In this document: positions 61,930-64,000 of the stretch, piece by piece
Numbering within the stretch: position 1 is the first letter of the stretch
Layout: the number at the start of each line of letters is the position of its first letter
Assembly: GCA_977016875.1 (NCBI GenBank)
Contig: CDRNST010000117.1
Coordinates: 868,001-932,000 of the forward strand
DNA: 64,000 nt
DNA from: Pavona decussata
Taxonomy: Eukaryota
Direction: 5' to 3'
Position numbers and translations under genes: made by a program
Notes under the pieces: generated by a model
Seen by the model: the letters and a program-made list of their open reading frames with translations, nothing else
Told to the model about the DNA's origin: nothing
Databases searched by the model: none

Positions 61930-63182
61930 TCACTTGATGTCACACAGCAGTGCCACTCCCCTGAGAATCCAATGATTAGGACTCTGTACAGTCTTGAGCC
62001 AGAGAGGGGTGATGTAAGTCAGGTCTGTACGCTGAGGCTTCTTGTACACAGGGCACTGGTAAAGTCTCGGGTCCTTGGGTGCGGTGGAGTTGACTGCGTA
62101 CACGTGTACCACAGGCAACAGAGTGAAGAGGACCTTAGGCTGGGGCTCGATCAGTTTGCAGCCACGGCGATCCCATCCAGCGCCATCTAGGTACAAACCA
62201 TAGATGTAGACACCCTCCTGCGATTACAGTAATAAACACTTGTGTTACAACACAGACATAAACTGGCACAGTGCATTAACGGTGGAGAAATAGACAACCA
62301 TCTCGATCTTGGATCTTGTAAAGGTGTTTTTTTAGTGTGACTGTTACAAAGTCAAAAATAAAATAATTAAAAGTAAAGTAAAGTAAAGTAAAGTGAAGTA
62401 AAGTGAAGTGAAGTGAAGTGAAGTGAAGTGAAGTGAAGCGAAGCGACGTGAAGTGAAGTGAAGTGAAGTGAAGTGAAGTGAAGTGAAGTGAAGCGAAGCG
62501 ACGTGAAGTGAAGTGAAGTGAAGTGAAGCGAAGCGACGTGAAGTGAAGTAAAGTGAAGTGAAGTGAAGTGAAGTGAAGCGAAGCGACGTGAAGTGAAGTG
62601 AAGTGAAGTGAAGCGAAGTGAAGTGAAGTGAAGCGAAGTGAAGTGAAGTGAAGTGAAGTGAAGTGAAGTGAAGTGAAGTGAAGCGAAGCGACGTGAAGTG
62701 AAGTGAAGTGAAGTGAAGTGAAGTGAAGTAATTTATTTAATGTCAATTATAACAAAGGGGGGTGCTAGTATACACCTAGCGTATCAAAACAAACGCAAGC
62801 TTCCGTATTTCTAATATTCAGTCTCCTCACTAAGGCGAGTCCCCACTTCCAATGGAACTAGATTTAGATACGCTCTCACCCTTGTAAGTGCAAGCCCATA
62901 TAAAATGGAAAACGTGTAAGTTCATCTCACCGCTGGTGGGGAGTTAATGTCCTCTTTCATAGCTCTTATGACGTCATTATGCAGCACCACAGAGTCTAGG
63001 GCCCAGCCCTTGTGCGCACGCGTCACTTCCTGTCTCATGGCAGTCAGGAAACCCTGAGGGTTGAAGAAACCTGTCATCCAGAATACGTTCGGCCGGCCAT
63101 TGAAAATCCAGTTGGAGAACTGGTTGTTTCTTTCCAGAAACTCTGTGAACCAGAAACCAAGGGTGGACGACTCCCACGAGAT
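61930..63182 (-). CDS. DNAH8: Axonemal outer-arm dynein heavy chain (DNAH5/DNAH8 group), last two exons; the gene extends beyond the window
   Basis: Exons 63182-62931 ([12 protein letters not shown]...[19 protein letters not shown]) and 62217-61930 ([16 protein letters not shown]...[14 protein letters not shown]). DNAH5 versus DNAH8 orthology cannot be settled by eye. Confidence 0.93.
62370..62730. repeat. (AAGTG)n pentanucleotide microsatellite with AAGCG/ACGTG variants
   Basis: Directly visible in the dynein intron. Confidence 0.97.
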
Positions 63183-63757
63183 CTAGCAAAATGCCGAGAA
63201 TAGAATAAGTAAGATATCAAGTACAATGTTCACAGTCCAAATGGATTTGAAAGTTGATAACTTTTATCGATTCGCAATTTCTTTGGGGCAAGGAGCAATT
63301 TCATACCAGTCACTTTCCCAGAGGTCGCTATCTTCTCTGCTACTAACCAATTGACCTTTATCATGGTAATTTTGAATTTTTATGTTGCCCAGGTAACGAA
63401 AATACATTCACACTGCGGAAAATAACATCTTAAAATTAGCAAATAGGCCAAGTTTGAAGGTGCTGTCTTTTAAATAGCGCAGATGTAGATCCATAAATTC
63501 CCGAAAAATTAAACGTTTGTGTGGAAAAGGGGCAAAATTTGTCCGTTTCCACACAAAAGGTTGTAAAAATTAAAAAACTTAACGGAACTTTCTCTTCGCT
63601 ATAACAAAACTTAGCAATTTTACTAATTTGAAGGTGCTCTTTACAGCAATATCAACCGAGTTTCTTTTCCTTGCCTGCACCGAAATTTAAACTACCGCGA
63701 TAAGGGAGAATAGAGAATGAACTCGCGCTCGAGGAATGAGATTGGTGTCATTAAGGA

Positions 63758-64000
63758 TAGAGCGGTTTTCAATTAAGTGTCGAAAGCAATTTCGCGTTTG
63801 CTTTGGTTTTGCATTTCTACGCTCTGTGATTGGTTAACAAAACTCGCGCCACTTTCTCAACCAATGAGAAGCCAAACAAAAACAATCGTGTTTTCGCCGC
63901 ACGCGTTTTCCCGCGTTTGGCGCCAGTTACATGTTTTTGCTTCGAATTCTGATTGGCTCGTTGTGTTGTTTACATCTGTTGCGATTGGCCCGAGTAATTA
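63758..64000. mobile_element. CCAAT-rich MITE (family of 2705-2931), truncated by the window edge
   Basis: Starts with tagagcggttttcaatt and carries the family motifs. Confidence 0.7.

Noticed and set aside
62276-62746. 156-aa HFTSL repeat ORF
   Set aside because: Translation of the intronic (AAGTG)n microsatellite.

Overview
AT-rich, intron-containing animal genomic DNA with two N-gaps (25690-25842, 38360-38534). The gene and repeat content suggests a cnidarian, probably a scleractinian coral; this is an inference. No prokaryotic operons, rRNA or CRISPR arrays were seen. Genes built by hand from GT-AG splice sites and codon phase: (1) a very hydrophobic minus-strand protein I cannot assign to a family (15047->3948), made of symmetric phase-2 exons, one of them duplicated together with an intronic ~300-bp satellite array; (2) a decayed NTPDase paralog (~15612-16168) and an intact secreted GDA1/CD39-family NTPDase with a single coding exon (24161-25426), separated by (3) a complete Mag-like Ty3/Gypsy retrotransposon with identical 159-bp LTRs and an ATTCA target duplication; (4) a 4-exon Cut8/Sts1-like nuclear proteasome tether, head-to-head with (5) a 3-exon basic protein rich in CDK-type sites; (6) a 15-exon CCDC191; (7) a secreted PAN-EGF-fibrinogen-like gene with an apparent frameshift; (8) the last two exons of a DNAH5/8 axonemal dynein. 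The rest is dense with MITEs, hAT derivatives, LINE/SINE fragments, long palindromic elements and microsatellites. The most intriguing items are the phase-2 modular membrane gene with its duplicated exon, the NTPDase pair, the Cut8 locus, and hairpin elements sharing a GNA-triloop apex. All family assignments come from motif recall, not database searches.
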